Source: Gammaproteobacteria bacterium (GTDB lineage Bacteria; Pseudomonadota; Gammaproteobacteria; UBA4575). Taken from it: DNA of 64,000 bases. Position numbers and translations under genes: made by a program. Below are positions 54,318-62,435 of the stretch, piece after piece; within the stretch, counting starts at the first letter, position 1; the number at the start of each line of letters is the position of its first letter. The stretch spans positions 224,001 through 288,000 of the forward strand of contig CBDCTA010000029.1 in assembly GCA_965221955.1 (NCBI GenBank). The letters are read 5' to 3'. The notes under the pieces were generated by a model. The model ran no database searches. It saw only the letters and a list, made by a program, of their open reading frames with translations, and had not been told where the DNA came from.

Positions 54318-56126
54318 ATGCAATTTCACGCGCGTACCGAAGAACCGCATAAACAACGCACCGATTTTAAAAATCTGTTGCAGATGTTTCCTTATGTGTG
54401 GGCCTATCGTTGGCGTGTACTCATTGCATTGGCATGTTTAGTAATCGCCAAGATGGCGACTGTGGCAGTACCTTTGGTCTTAAAGCGCATTGTTGACTCC
54501 TTAGATATTGAAGCAAGTTTATTAATCTTACCGCTAGGCTTGTTGCTGGCCTATGGCGCCTTACGCTTGACCACCGCACTTTTTAATGAATTGCGAGATG
54601 TGTTATTTGCCAGGGTACGTTATCGCGCGATTCAGAAACTTTCTACTCGTGTATTAGAGCATTTGCATAACTTGCCTCTGCGCTTTCATTTAGAACGTCA
54701 AACCGGTTCGATAACCCGAGATTTAGAGCGTGGCACACAAAGCCTTTCTTCAATAATCAATTACATGGTGTTTATTATCGTACCAACTTTCGTTGAGTTG
54801 GGATTGGTTGCTGCAATTTTATTAGGCGCCTATGCCTTAAAATTTTCGGTTGTGACTTTGTTTACAGTGGTTGCTTATATTTCATTTACTTTGTTAGTGA
54901 CTAATTGGCGGATGAAGTATCGGCATGAAATGAATCGTTTAGATTCCCAAGCTAATTCAATTGCGGTGGATAGCTTATTGAATTATGAAACCGTGAAATA
55001 CTTTAATAACGAACGCTATGAACTATCGCGTTATGGTGAAACGCTTTCGCAATGGGAAAACGCAGCCGTTAAAAGTATTACCACCATGTCGATGCTAAAT
55101 TTTGGGCAAGCCGTAATCATCGCAATTGGTGTAACTATTATTATGATTTTTGCTGCGGAAGGCGTGACAACTGAAACGATGACACTCGGAGATCTTGTGT
55201 TAGTCAATGCGCTGATGCTGCAATTGTTTGTGCCTTTAAATACTTTAGGGATTGTGTATCGACAGATCACCTATTCACTTGCAGACATGGATATGTTGGT
55301 AAGACTGCTGAAGAAAGACACTGAAATTAAAGACGTAGAAGATGCTGAAACATTACAGGTGAGTGCAGCAAATATTGAATTTGAAAATGTTTGTTTTGCA
55401 TATAATCAAGATCGTGAAATTTTACGTGATGTTTCTCTTAGCATTCCGTCTGGTCATAAGGTAGCTGTAGTAGGGCCATCAGGCGCCGGTAAATCAACCA
55501 TCGCACGGCTGTTGTTTCGGTTTTACGACGTCACTTCAGGTACGGTACGTATCGATGGGCAAGACGTACGTGAATGCACCCAGCAAAGTTTGCATGAAAA
55601 TATTGCAGTAGTGCCACAAGACACAGTGCTTTTTAACGAAAGTATTTATTTTAATATTCAGTATGCAAAGCCGGGTGCGAGTAGGGAAGAAATTGAGCAA
55701 GCCGCAAAGTTGGCAAATATCCATGACTTTATTGAACAATTGCCACAGCAATATGAAACTATTGTCGGTGAGCGTGGTTTAAAGCTTTCGGGAGGCGAGA
55801 AGCAACGTATTGCCATTGCACGTGCAGTACTCAAAAACCCACGCATTTTAATCTTTGATGAGGCCACCTCGAGTTTGGATTCGCAATCTGAAAGTATGAT
55901 TTTGAACGCTATGAAAGAAGTTACTAAAGGGGTGACGACTTTAGTCATTGCGCATCGGCTTTCGACTATTGTGGATGCCGATAGTATTTATGTATTTGAT
56001 CACGGCCGTGTAGTGGAATCTGGGAATCACCGTGAATTACTTGCTCAACAAGGCATTTATGCCAACATGTGGGCCTTGCAACAAGAAGAGCGGGCCGCGG
56101 AGAAAGCTGCAGCGATCGAAGTTTAG
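54318..56126 (+). CDS. ATM1/HMT1-type ABC half-transporter (TMD+NBD)
   Basis: FHLERQTG, DSLLNYETVKYFNNE, GPSGAGKST, LSGGEKQR, DEATSSLD. Confidence 0.92.
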   Translation: MQFHARTEEPHKQRTDFKNLLQMFPYVWAYRWRVLIALACLVIAKMATVAVPLVLKRIVDSLDIEASLLILPLGLLLAYGALRLTTALFNELRDVLFARVRYRAIQKLSTRVLEHLHNLPLRFHLERQTGSITRDLERGTQSLSSIINYMVFIIVPTFVELGLVAAILLGAYALKFSVVTLFTVVAYISFTLLVTNWRMKYRHEMNRLDSQANSIAVDSLLNYETVKYFNNERYELSRYGETLSQWENAAVKSITTMSMLNFGQAVIIAIGVTIIMIFAAEGVTTETMTLGDLVLVNALMLQLFVPLNTLGIVYRQITYSLADMDMLVRLLKKDTEIKDVEDAETLQVSAANIEFENVCFAYNQDREILRDVSLSIPSGHKVAVVGPSGAGKSTIARLLFRFYDVTSGTVRIDGQDVRECTQQSLHENIAVVPQDTVLFNESIYFNIQYAKPGASREEIEQAAKLANIHDFIEQLPQQYETIVGERGLKLSGGEKQRIAIARAVLKNPRILIFDEATSSLDSQSESMILNAMKEVTKGVTTLVIAHRLSTIVDADSIYVFDHGRVVESGNHRELLAQQGIYANMWALQQEERAAEKAAAIEV

Positions 56127-56538
56127 TGTAGATAAAAATTAGTAGTCGTATATATGTTCTACAACTAGGCCGCATTCTGCTATCTAGAGTAAGAATTCTT
56201 TTAGATCTTGTGCCTTAGTGAGAATTGCAACTCGGTTTTTGTTGGGATCGGAGACAAGTTTTTAGCTAAACAATTTCAACGGTTGCAGTTAAATAAGGGT
56301 TGGTGGTGTTCGCTTGTTACGTTGCCATATAAATAAGCCCATCACCTTGTTCGCAGGTGGTTTGCGCACCAAACTTAATTAACTTTGCATAGATGGCTTT
56401 AAATCTAAAGGTGAGCAAATTTACCAAGAAGGTGATCCTGCATTAAATGCGCTTATGCACTATAAGAAAGTTTAGCTATCTTATATAACCTTTACGGCAT
56501 CTTTTCTTTCCAGTAGCAGTTCGCTGTACAATAGTGTC

Positions 56539-56904
56539 ATGAGCAATTCTGAAGAATCTATAAAAGAGCAAATATTGCATGCTGATTTGGCAGACCATGG
56601 AGGTTGTGCCAATTCTGAGCCGTTTGCATTGCGAGTGATGGGTGACAGTATGGAACCTGAGTTTAAAGATGGTTGCATTATTATCATTGACTCTGCAGCA
56701 GTTGTAGAAAGTGGTAGCTATGTGCTGGCTATGGTGAATGAAGAATATATTTTTCGCCAATTCATTGCTGAGGATGATCGATATTATCTACGTGCACTTA
56801 AGGAGGGATATGAGGAGATACTTCTTGAAAGTAAGAATGCAGTGCGTGGGGTAATTGTTCAACGTGCAGGGACACGTCGCAAAGATCACAAACATTATAC
56901 TTAA
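56539..56904 (+). CDS. Stand-alone S24 (LexA/UmuD C-terminal-like) domain protein without HTH
   Basis: FALRVMGDSMEPEFKDG and VRGVIVQ; the general-base position reads YIFRQF. Confidence 0.82.
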   Translation: MSNSEESIKEQILHADLADHGGCANSEPFALRVMGDSMEPEFKDGCIIIIDSAAVVESGSYVLAMVNEEYIFRQFIAEDDRYYLRALKEGYEEILLESKNAVRGVIVQRAGTRRKDHKHYT

Positions 56905-57070
56905 TAATATACATAACCTCTAGGATATGTGAGTATTATAATTGTAAGTAGTAGTTTTCTTCTATTTTAATTTTTTACAAAATCGAAACATACAACATAT
57001 TCGTTTGAGTGTTTAGGTGACTATATAGTTTATTTTTCAGAAAATTTAACCACAGTTAAGACGTAGACAC

Positions 57071-58507
57071 ATGGAAGCATTAAAGGGAAATATGTTGAAT
57101 AAAGAGCGAAGTAATTTCTATCTTTTTTTCCCTTTAGCTCTAATTTTCATATTTTATAGTTTTTCTTTTCTACCGCGCGTACAACAGAATGAAAATCTAG
57201 TTTATACGTTCTGGTGGATTAGTGCTCTGTTAGCCCTTTTTTACTTATTAGTTTTATATGGTGTTATAAAAAAGAAAATTGAACCGACGATAAAACTAGT
57301 GATTCGACCATCACATTATGTGCAAGCGATAGTTCAGCTTGGTGTGTATGGTTATTGGGGATGGGTGGTAAATCAAGTATATGTGCAAATGCCTCTTATT
57401 TTTGCGCAAATACTATTTCTATATATTTTAGGAGCACTTTTGTCTTGGGTGCGTGGGAAAGAATATCGTTTGGGTTTTGGTATTTTTCCCATAGTGTTCA
57501 GTACAAATTTATTTTTGTGGTTTAAAGACGATGTCTTTTTTCTACAGTTCTTAATGATAACTGCCGGTGCATTAGCGAAAGAGTTTATTACTTGGGATAA
57601 AGATGGGCGTCGCGCACATATATTTAATCCTTCAGCTTTTGGTCTATCAGTAGCGTCTATTCTATTAATTATTACTGGCAATACAGATATTAGCTGGGGT
57701 AAAGCTATTGCTGAAACTATAACCTATCCTGAAAATATTTATCTTTGGATATTTTTGTTAGGCCTAATAGTTCAATATTTATTTAAAGTGACATTAGTAA
57801 CTATTTCGGCTGCAATGACATTGTTTATTAGTGCGCTTATATATCACCAAACTACCGGGATATATTTTTTTATAACCTCTGATGTACCAGTTGCAGTATT
57901 TCTAGGATTGCATTTACTAGTAACAGACCCTTCTACTTCTCCACGAACTAATCTTGGTCGCATAATGTTTGGTGTGTTATATGGCGCAAGTGTAATGCTT
58001 TTATTTGATTTGCTCGGCAATTTTGGCGCACCAACTTTTTACGACAAATTGTTAGCTATTCCAATATTAAATCTATCAATTAAATTTCTAGATCGTATTG
58101 CTAATTCGATTAATCTATCATGGTTATGGCCGCGCTCATTACGGTTTAATCCAACGGGTAACCAACTTAATCTAATTCATATGGGAATTTGGGTTGTATT
58201 CTTTTTGAGTATTTTTTTCACACATGCGTTAGGTAAAAAGCATCCGGGACAGAACCCCATGTTTTGGCAAAATGCGTGTGATAAGAATTTGCACAAGGGC
58301 TGTTCTACTCTATATTACTTAGTGTCAAAAGAATGTAATAAGGGACAGGCGCTCATGTGTGCTAAGCAAGCATGGATGATAAAAAATGCAATAGGCGTAG
58401 AACGTGATGATAAAAAAGTCTATGAAGTTGCAAGCCGCGCTTGTGAACTCGGGCATGAAGAAATTTGTATTCGTATTGAGCGTGGAGAGTTTAACTATCA
58501 AAAATAG
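57071..58507 (+). CDS. RnfD/NqrB-like polytopic membrane protein with C-terminal Cys-rich Sel1-like repeats
   Basis: HIFNPSAFGL and LVTDPSTSPRT motifs; C-terminal ACDKN..GC...ACELG...C. Confidence 0.65.
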   Translation: MEALKGNMLNKERSNFYLFFPLALIFIFYSFSFLPRVQQNENLVYTFWWISALLALFYLLVLYGVIKKKIEPTIKLVIRPSHYVQAIVQLGVYGYWGWVVNQVYVQMPLIFAQILFLYILGALLSWVRGKEYRLGFGIFPIVFSTNLFLWFKDDVFFLQFLMITAGALAKEFITWDKDGRRAHIFNPSAFGLSVASILLIITGNTDISWGKAIAETITYPENIYLWIFLLGLIVQYLFKVTLVTISAAMTLFISALIYHQTTGIYFFITSDVPVAVFLGLHLLVTDPSTSPRTNLGRIMFGVLYGASVMLLFDLLGNFGAPTFYDKLLAIPILNLSIKFLDRIANSINLSWLWPRSLRFNPTGNQLNLIHMGIWVVFFLSIFFTHALGKKHPGQNPMFWQNACDKNLHKGCSTLYYLVSKECNKGQALMCAKQAWMIKNAIGVERDDKKVYEVASRACELGHEEICIRIERGEFNYQK

Positions 58508-58758
58508 CGCCTATAAAATCGATTAGCTCAAGCTTTTAAACTAGATTCACAGAGTAATCGTTAGGTCTAGTCTTGAAGCTCGTCTAGCTCCGTTTGTCAT
58601 TTAATCTGCTACTTTCACCTTCTGTAATGAAGGCATCAATAATTTGAAATAATTTATTAACTTTTTGTGTATAGTCTGCGCCTCGTTGAAATGGTGTAAG
58701 ACTTGTATTTCTTTCTACATCCTTATCTATAGTAGATGCTCAATAATGAAACGTTGCC

Positions 58759-58775
58759 AGCACAATGAAAGTGCA
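58759..58775. promoter_or_regulatory. Possible NtrC-like enhancer site
   Basis: AGCACAA-tga-AAGTGCA vs consensus TGCACCA-N3-TGGTGCA (10/14), about 95 nt upstream of the predicted sigma-54 start. Confidence 0.4.
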
Positions 58776-58836
58776 ATTCACTTTGAGCTAAAAACAGGTT
58801 GTTTGGTAACTGCTTGATAACTAAGAAGACAAATTT

Positions 58837-58852
58837 TGGCATAGCACTTGCT
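58837..58852 (+). promoter_or_regulatory. Sigma-54 (-24/-12) promoter
   Basis: TGGCATAGCACTTGCT with exact GG-N10-GC spacing. Confidence 0.65.
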
Positions 58853-59044
58853 AAATAGAAATTGAACCCTACTTATATAGCAAAGAGCCTATAAAGATTT
58901 CGATGTTCTCGCATAGAAAAGATTCATATCGATAGCTTGAACTTAAAGTGTGTAGCCCCATCTAACCATACGCTTGGAATGCTAAAACGTAACTAGGATT
59001 GTATTGACTATTAACCCATAACTTAGAACTAGAGGAACTTAACC

Positions 59045-59155
59045 ATGACTGATACAGCAGAGAATGCCTTTGTGTATAACATATTATTACCAGACTTCTT
59101 GCTATTTGCGATTGCAATGACAGCAGCGTTTGGTTTAATGCTATTAATATTTTAA
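59045..59155 (+). CDS. Unannotated 36-aa single-TM peptide
   Basis: MTDTAENAFVYNILLPDFLLFAIAMTAAFGLMLLIF*; SD AGAGGA upstream. Confidence 0.6.
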   Translation: MTDTAENAFVYNILLPDFLLFAIAMTAAFGLMLLIF

Positions 59156-59284
59156 CTACATGGACGATGTGCAGGATGCACAAGTGTCGCGGAAGACAGG
59201 ATGTCGGGAGCGACCGTAGTGTATCCCGAAAATATGCGACTGCATGGATGCAGGAGGTAGGGCAACGCAGGAGCAGTTGCTGAG
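59155..59284 (+). repeat. Nested cluster of GGA-hairpin mini-elements
   Basis: Host hairpin ACTAC-ATGGAC-GTAGT interrupted by element A (59166-59215); element B at 59237-59284 CGACTGCATGGATGCAGGAGGTAGGGCAACGCAGGAGCAGTTGCTGAG. Confidence 0.85.
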
Positions 59285-59327
59285 AAACAAATTTCGAGAT
59301 AACTAATTTTTAAATCCCTAGTGTATT

Positions 59328-59355
59328 AAGCCCTGTTAAATAACAGGGCTTTTTT
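59328..59355 (+). terminator. Rho-independent terminator
   Basis: AAGCCCTGTTA-aa-TAACAGGGCTTTTTT. Confidence 0.88.
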
Positions 59356-59357
59356 AT

Positions 59358-59433
59358 GTACATGGACGTACTGTATGCTGACAACGCAGGATGCAGTTGT
59401 CAGTATTGCTAGTAGGAGCAATTTTCTGCCAGG
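59358..59433 (+). repeat. GGA-hairpin element immediately after the terminator, plus shared tail
   Basis: 49-nt GTACATGGACGTAC-TGT-ATGCTGACAACGCAGGATGCAGTTGTCAGTAT, then GAGCAATTTTCTGCCAGG. Confidence 0.8.
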
Positions 59434-59496
59434 AATATACCGTATGCTGGGTTTGTTCAGTGCAAGCAAAATCTTTAAGAGAGGCAGGCTAGCTGT

Positions 59497-61173
59497 CTAG
59501 TTGTAGTCTTCGTAGAGTGAGACTAAAAAAGCGACTAGTGGCTCGATGTCTTTCGGCTTGATGTTGATATCTGCAATATCTTTATCTGGATTTCTAATTA
59601 AGCCTTGACGAGTATTAATAGAAACCGCTAGGTAAAAACTGACTACGGCATGCAAATCACTGATTTGTCCGTTATGCATATAGGGCGCTGAGTGGCCTAG
59701 GTTGCGCAGACTAGGTGTCTTAAATGTAGCAATGCTTCTTTCAAGAGTGTCGTCTCTTGAGGTGCAAATTTCATATCCATCGTGAATGCAAATCGCGTTG
59801 TAGATGCTTTCTTGTGCCAATGAGTAATCAGAATTGAACAATATACTCCATGCCCCTAGGTCAGTTGCCATGATGTTCGCTTGCGAAGGAACGCTACGAA
59901 AAATCCCTTTACGGTTGGGATGTTGTCGAGTTGCAGGTAAATAAAGCTCGGCTTGTTTCTCACGCTGTTTCACGTTTGGAATTTTTAGTTTATTAAATGT
60001 GTCTTGCCCATGTATGGCTTCGTATTCAACTTGTGTGATGCCTGTATTATGCAAACTAAAATCAGTGAAATGGGGGCCAGGATGGCAGGCAACACAGTTG
60101 CCTGCAGAAGTTTTATCTTTGCCAGGAGTTGAAAAGAATATATACATTCCAGCAAGTTGCTTCTCGCCAAATTCAAAAGGTTGCTCGTCGTGAAACTGGA
60201 ATTTTCCATCTTCCGTATTAGGATTTTTCGATACGAACGTTAGTTTGTTTTCTTGATGCAACTTATCGATACGAGCCATCAAATTAGCGCTGTATTCTTT
60301 ATGACTGTCTTTCTCATTTGGTGCAGTAGGTAAGTTGTTTAGCTTTAGGAATAAATCATAAGGTGAGATGATCGATTCATCTTGAGCAAAAACGAGGTCG
60401 TCGGTATAGATCGCTATAAGTTCAGCAGTAGTTGCAAATACTTTTTCACAATCTTCTTTATGAGGATTGATTCTTAAGTTTTCAGGAATTAGAAACTCAT
60501 TTTCAACCATTTTTCCATCAGTAGTTATACCCGAGAAGATTTCTGTATAGGAATATCCACCAAATTCTTCAGCGAGTTCACTTTTGCCATCGTCTTCTCG
60601 AATTACTTTGCAGATGTGTTCTATCGCAGTTTCTTCTTCACCAGGTAGCCATCCCATATTTCTACCAGTTAGTGTGCCGCGTACTAAATGATGCAAAGAA
60701 GAAAACTCACCATCAAAGTGCAACATGAAATTTTTTCTTGGCAGCGAAGCATCTACAAGTGCTGGGCTGTTTCTAACCGTAGTGAGTAAATTGTCATTAC
60801 GAGCTGGGATAGGGCTGCGTGAGGCAAAGTCAGAATAAGAACGCATACCAAGCTCATTTTGCTCTAAATGTTCATCGACAAGATGGCAGGCACGGCAATT
60901 AAAGCTTTGTCCTGCATAAGGACCATCTGTAAAGGGGATTTGATATGGGGGTAAGCTAAAAAAGCGTGCAGTTTTATTTAATGCGGGATCACCTTCTTTT
61001 AGAGGCATGTTTACATCTGTGTTTTTTCCAAGTTGTGCAGCAAAAAACTGAGATAAACGTGTTTCTAAAAATAAACGTTCCCCTAGCATAATATCCGCAG
61101 GATCCATTTCCTCAGCATGCAGAAAAAGAGGGATGATAGACAGAAGTATGGTGATTAGAAGTATTCTCATCAT
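59497..61173 (-). CDS. Exported di-heme cytochrome c peroxidase superfamily protein (MauG/MbnH-like)
   Basis: Signal peptide; LGERLFLETRLS, CRACH, RNSPAL, CVACH, FKTPSLRNL, SAPYMHNG. Confidence 0.88.
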   Translation of the reverse strand: MMRILLITILLSIIPLFLHAEEMDPADIMLGERLFLETRLSQFFAAQLGKNTDVNMPLKEGDPALNKTARFFSLPPYQIPFTDGPYAGQSFNCRACHLVDEHLEQNELGMRSYSDFASRSPIPARNDNLLTTVRNSPALVDASLPRKNFMLHFDGEFSSLHHLVRGTLTGRNMGWLPGEEETAIEHICKVIREDDGKSELAEEFGGYSYTEIFSGITTDGKMVENEFLIPENLRINPHKEDCEKVFATTAELIAIYTDDLVFAQDESIISPYDLFLKLNNLPTAPNEKDSHKEYSANLMARIDKLHQENKLTFVSKNPNTEDGKFQFHDEQPFEFGEKQLAGMYIFFSTPGKDKTSAGNCVACHPGPHFTDFSLHNTGITQVEYEAIHGQDTFNKLKIPNVKQREKQAELYLPATRQHPNRKGIFRSVPSQANIMATDLGAWSILFNSDYSLAQESIYNAICIHDGYEICTSRDDTLERSIATFKTPSLRNLGHSAPYMHNGQISDLHAVVSFYLAVSINTRQGLIRNPDKDIADINIKPKDIEPLVAFLVSLYEDYN

Positions 61174-61182
61174 CTTCTAAAT

Positions 61183-61201
61183 AGTAATGATTATCATTTA
61201 T
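61183..61201 (-). promoter_or_regulatory. Fur box just upstream of the di-heme enzyme start
   Basis: ATAAATGATAATCATTACT, 14/19 to GATAATGATAATCATTATC with an intact core. Confidence 0.7.
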
Positions 61202-61245
61202 ATTTGAATATACTATTCGGCATAGTCTGTACCGAGTGATCAAAT

Positions 61246-61269
61246 AAAAGCCTCAATTTAGGGGCTTTT
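61246..61269. terminator. Probable bidirectional terminator hairpin
   Basis: AAAAGCCTC-aattta-GGGGCTTTT. Confidence 0.6.
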
Positions 61270-61365
61270 GCTTAGGATAGAGGCCTATCTTATATGCATT
61301 AATGTACAGCGGTCACAGGCTTTTCAACGGTTGGATACTTTAATTTAACTTCGTCGGTTAAGTTC

Positions 61366-61832
61366 TCAGCATCTGGATTTTTTATACCACGTTCGACATT
61401 GTAAAGATCGGTAAGCACTTTTCCAAATGGAATCTGGGTTCATGAGAGTGACTTCGGTTTTTACTTGTTTAGCCATATCTTCAAGTGATTCAAAATATTC
61501 GACATCGGGACGTATATATTGAAAATCTTGGTTGTCTTGGTTGTCTTGGTTGTCTTGGTTGTCTTGGTTGTCTTGGTTGTCTTGGTTGTCTTGGTTGTCT
61601 TGGTTGTCTTGGTTATCAAACACTGCTGTTATGAAAAGATACGGTTCATTAAAGAAAGGACGCTCGATTAAATGCAACAAATCAAGCTGAGCTTATTAAA
61701 AAGTGTGATCCTTGGTTGTAAATGTGCCTGATGGATTTATTTTTTCTTGTACGAATTCCAAAATAGCACATAGCCCGCAAACAATACGCATAGTAATGCG
61801 ATCAATGATAGTGCTTGATTCAAACTAAGCAT
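61366..61832 (-). pseudogene. Probable decayed membrane-anchored gene carrying the DNQ repeat
   Basis: Short TM-like ORF MLSLNQALSLIALLCVLFAGYVLFWNSYKKK* followed by out-of-frame fragments that run into the 104-aa repeat ORF. Confidence 0.35.
61526..61617. repeat. 9-bp tandem repeat (TCTTGGTTG) x10
   Basis: Nine perfect units plus one variant; reads (DNQ)10 on the minus strand. Confidence 0.97.
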
Positions 61833-61918
61833 GGGTAGGTTGATAATGATTACAGATAAAAAGATTACAAGCACCAATGCAATTCTGTTGCGTTGCCAAG
61901 GTCGCATATAGCAAATAC

Positions 61919-62383
61919 TTATCTGTGAGTAAATTGTGTTGGCTTGGTGTTAAAGCTTAAAAATTTTGCTACTAGCTCGGGATCAATAGTATCACCTTGG
62001 TGATCCACGAGTGGTAAATCAGCATCATTCCATCCCTTTAAACCTGTCTTAAGAGAAAAAATGTTTTTATAGCCCATTATGTCCATGGTGCTAGCTGCCA
62101 TTAAACTGCGTTTGCCAGAACCACAAATCACGACAATTTCCTTGTCTCGAGCGTTTACAAAATCAGGTGCAGTTTCTTTATTATCAAGGTCACAAACGAC
62201 TTCTAATATTCCACGAGGTATGTTCATAGAACCTTTTATATGCATCGCAGTAAATTCATCCGCCTCTCGTACATCGAGTAGCATGGGGAAAGTTGCTTGT
62301 TTTAGCTTTTCTTCAAGATCCCACGGCATCAGCTCTGCAATATTTTTTGCAATTTCATCAACTAGTTCTTGAAAGCTTTTCAT
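61919..62383 (-). CDS. Single-domain rhodanese
   Basis: LLDVREADEF, HIKGS, IPRGILE, ICGSGKRS, LKTGLKGW. Confidence 0.9.
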   Translation of the reverse strand: MKSFQELVDEIAKNIAELMPWDLEEKLKQATFPMLLDVREADEFTAMHIKGSMNIPRGILEVVCDLDNKETAPDFVNARDKEIVVICGSGKRSLMAASTMDIMGYKNIFSLKTGLKGWNDADLPLVDHQGDTIDPELVAKFLSFNTKPTQFTHR

Positions 62384-62435
62384 TTCTTAATGGCGACTAG
62401 GTATGAATTAACCACTGTTAATTCATAAGAAGAGA

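Noticed and set aside
56426-56448. 22/23-nt match to the reverse complement of 60976-60998 (both read EGDPALN)
   Set aside because: Similarity does not extend on either side, and the local frame (GEQIYQEGDPA) could equally be a cNMP-domain scrap. I cannot distinguish a gene remnant from chance without a search.
59155-59433. Repeat cluster as a CRISPR array or a canonical Rfam CsrB
   Set aside because: No identical repeats with unique regular spacers and no cas genes. The same units occur dispersed elsewhere, so it is reported as an element cluster, not a named ncRNA.
49273-59433. Opposite-orientation repeat clusters flanking nrdAB to the RnfD-like gene as ends of a 10-kb transposon
   Set aside because: The internal order of shared motifs differs, the cargo is housekeeping, and there is no transposase or target duplication.
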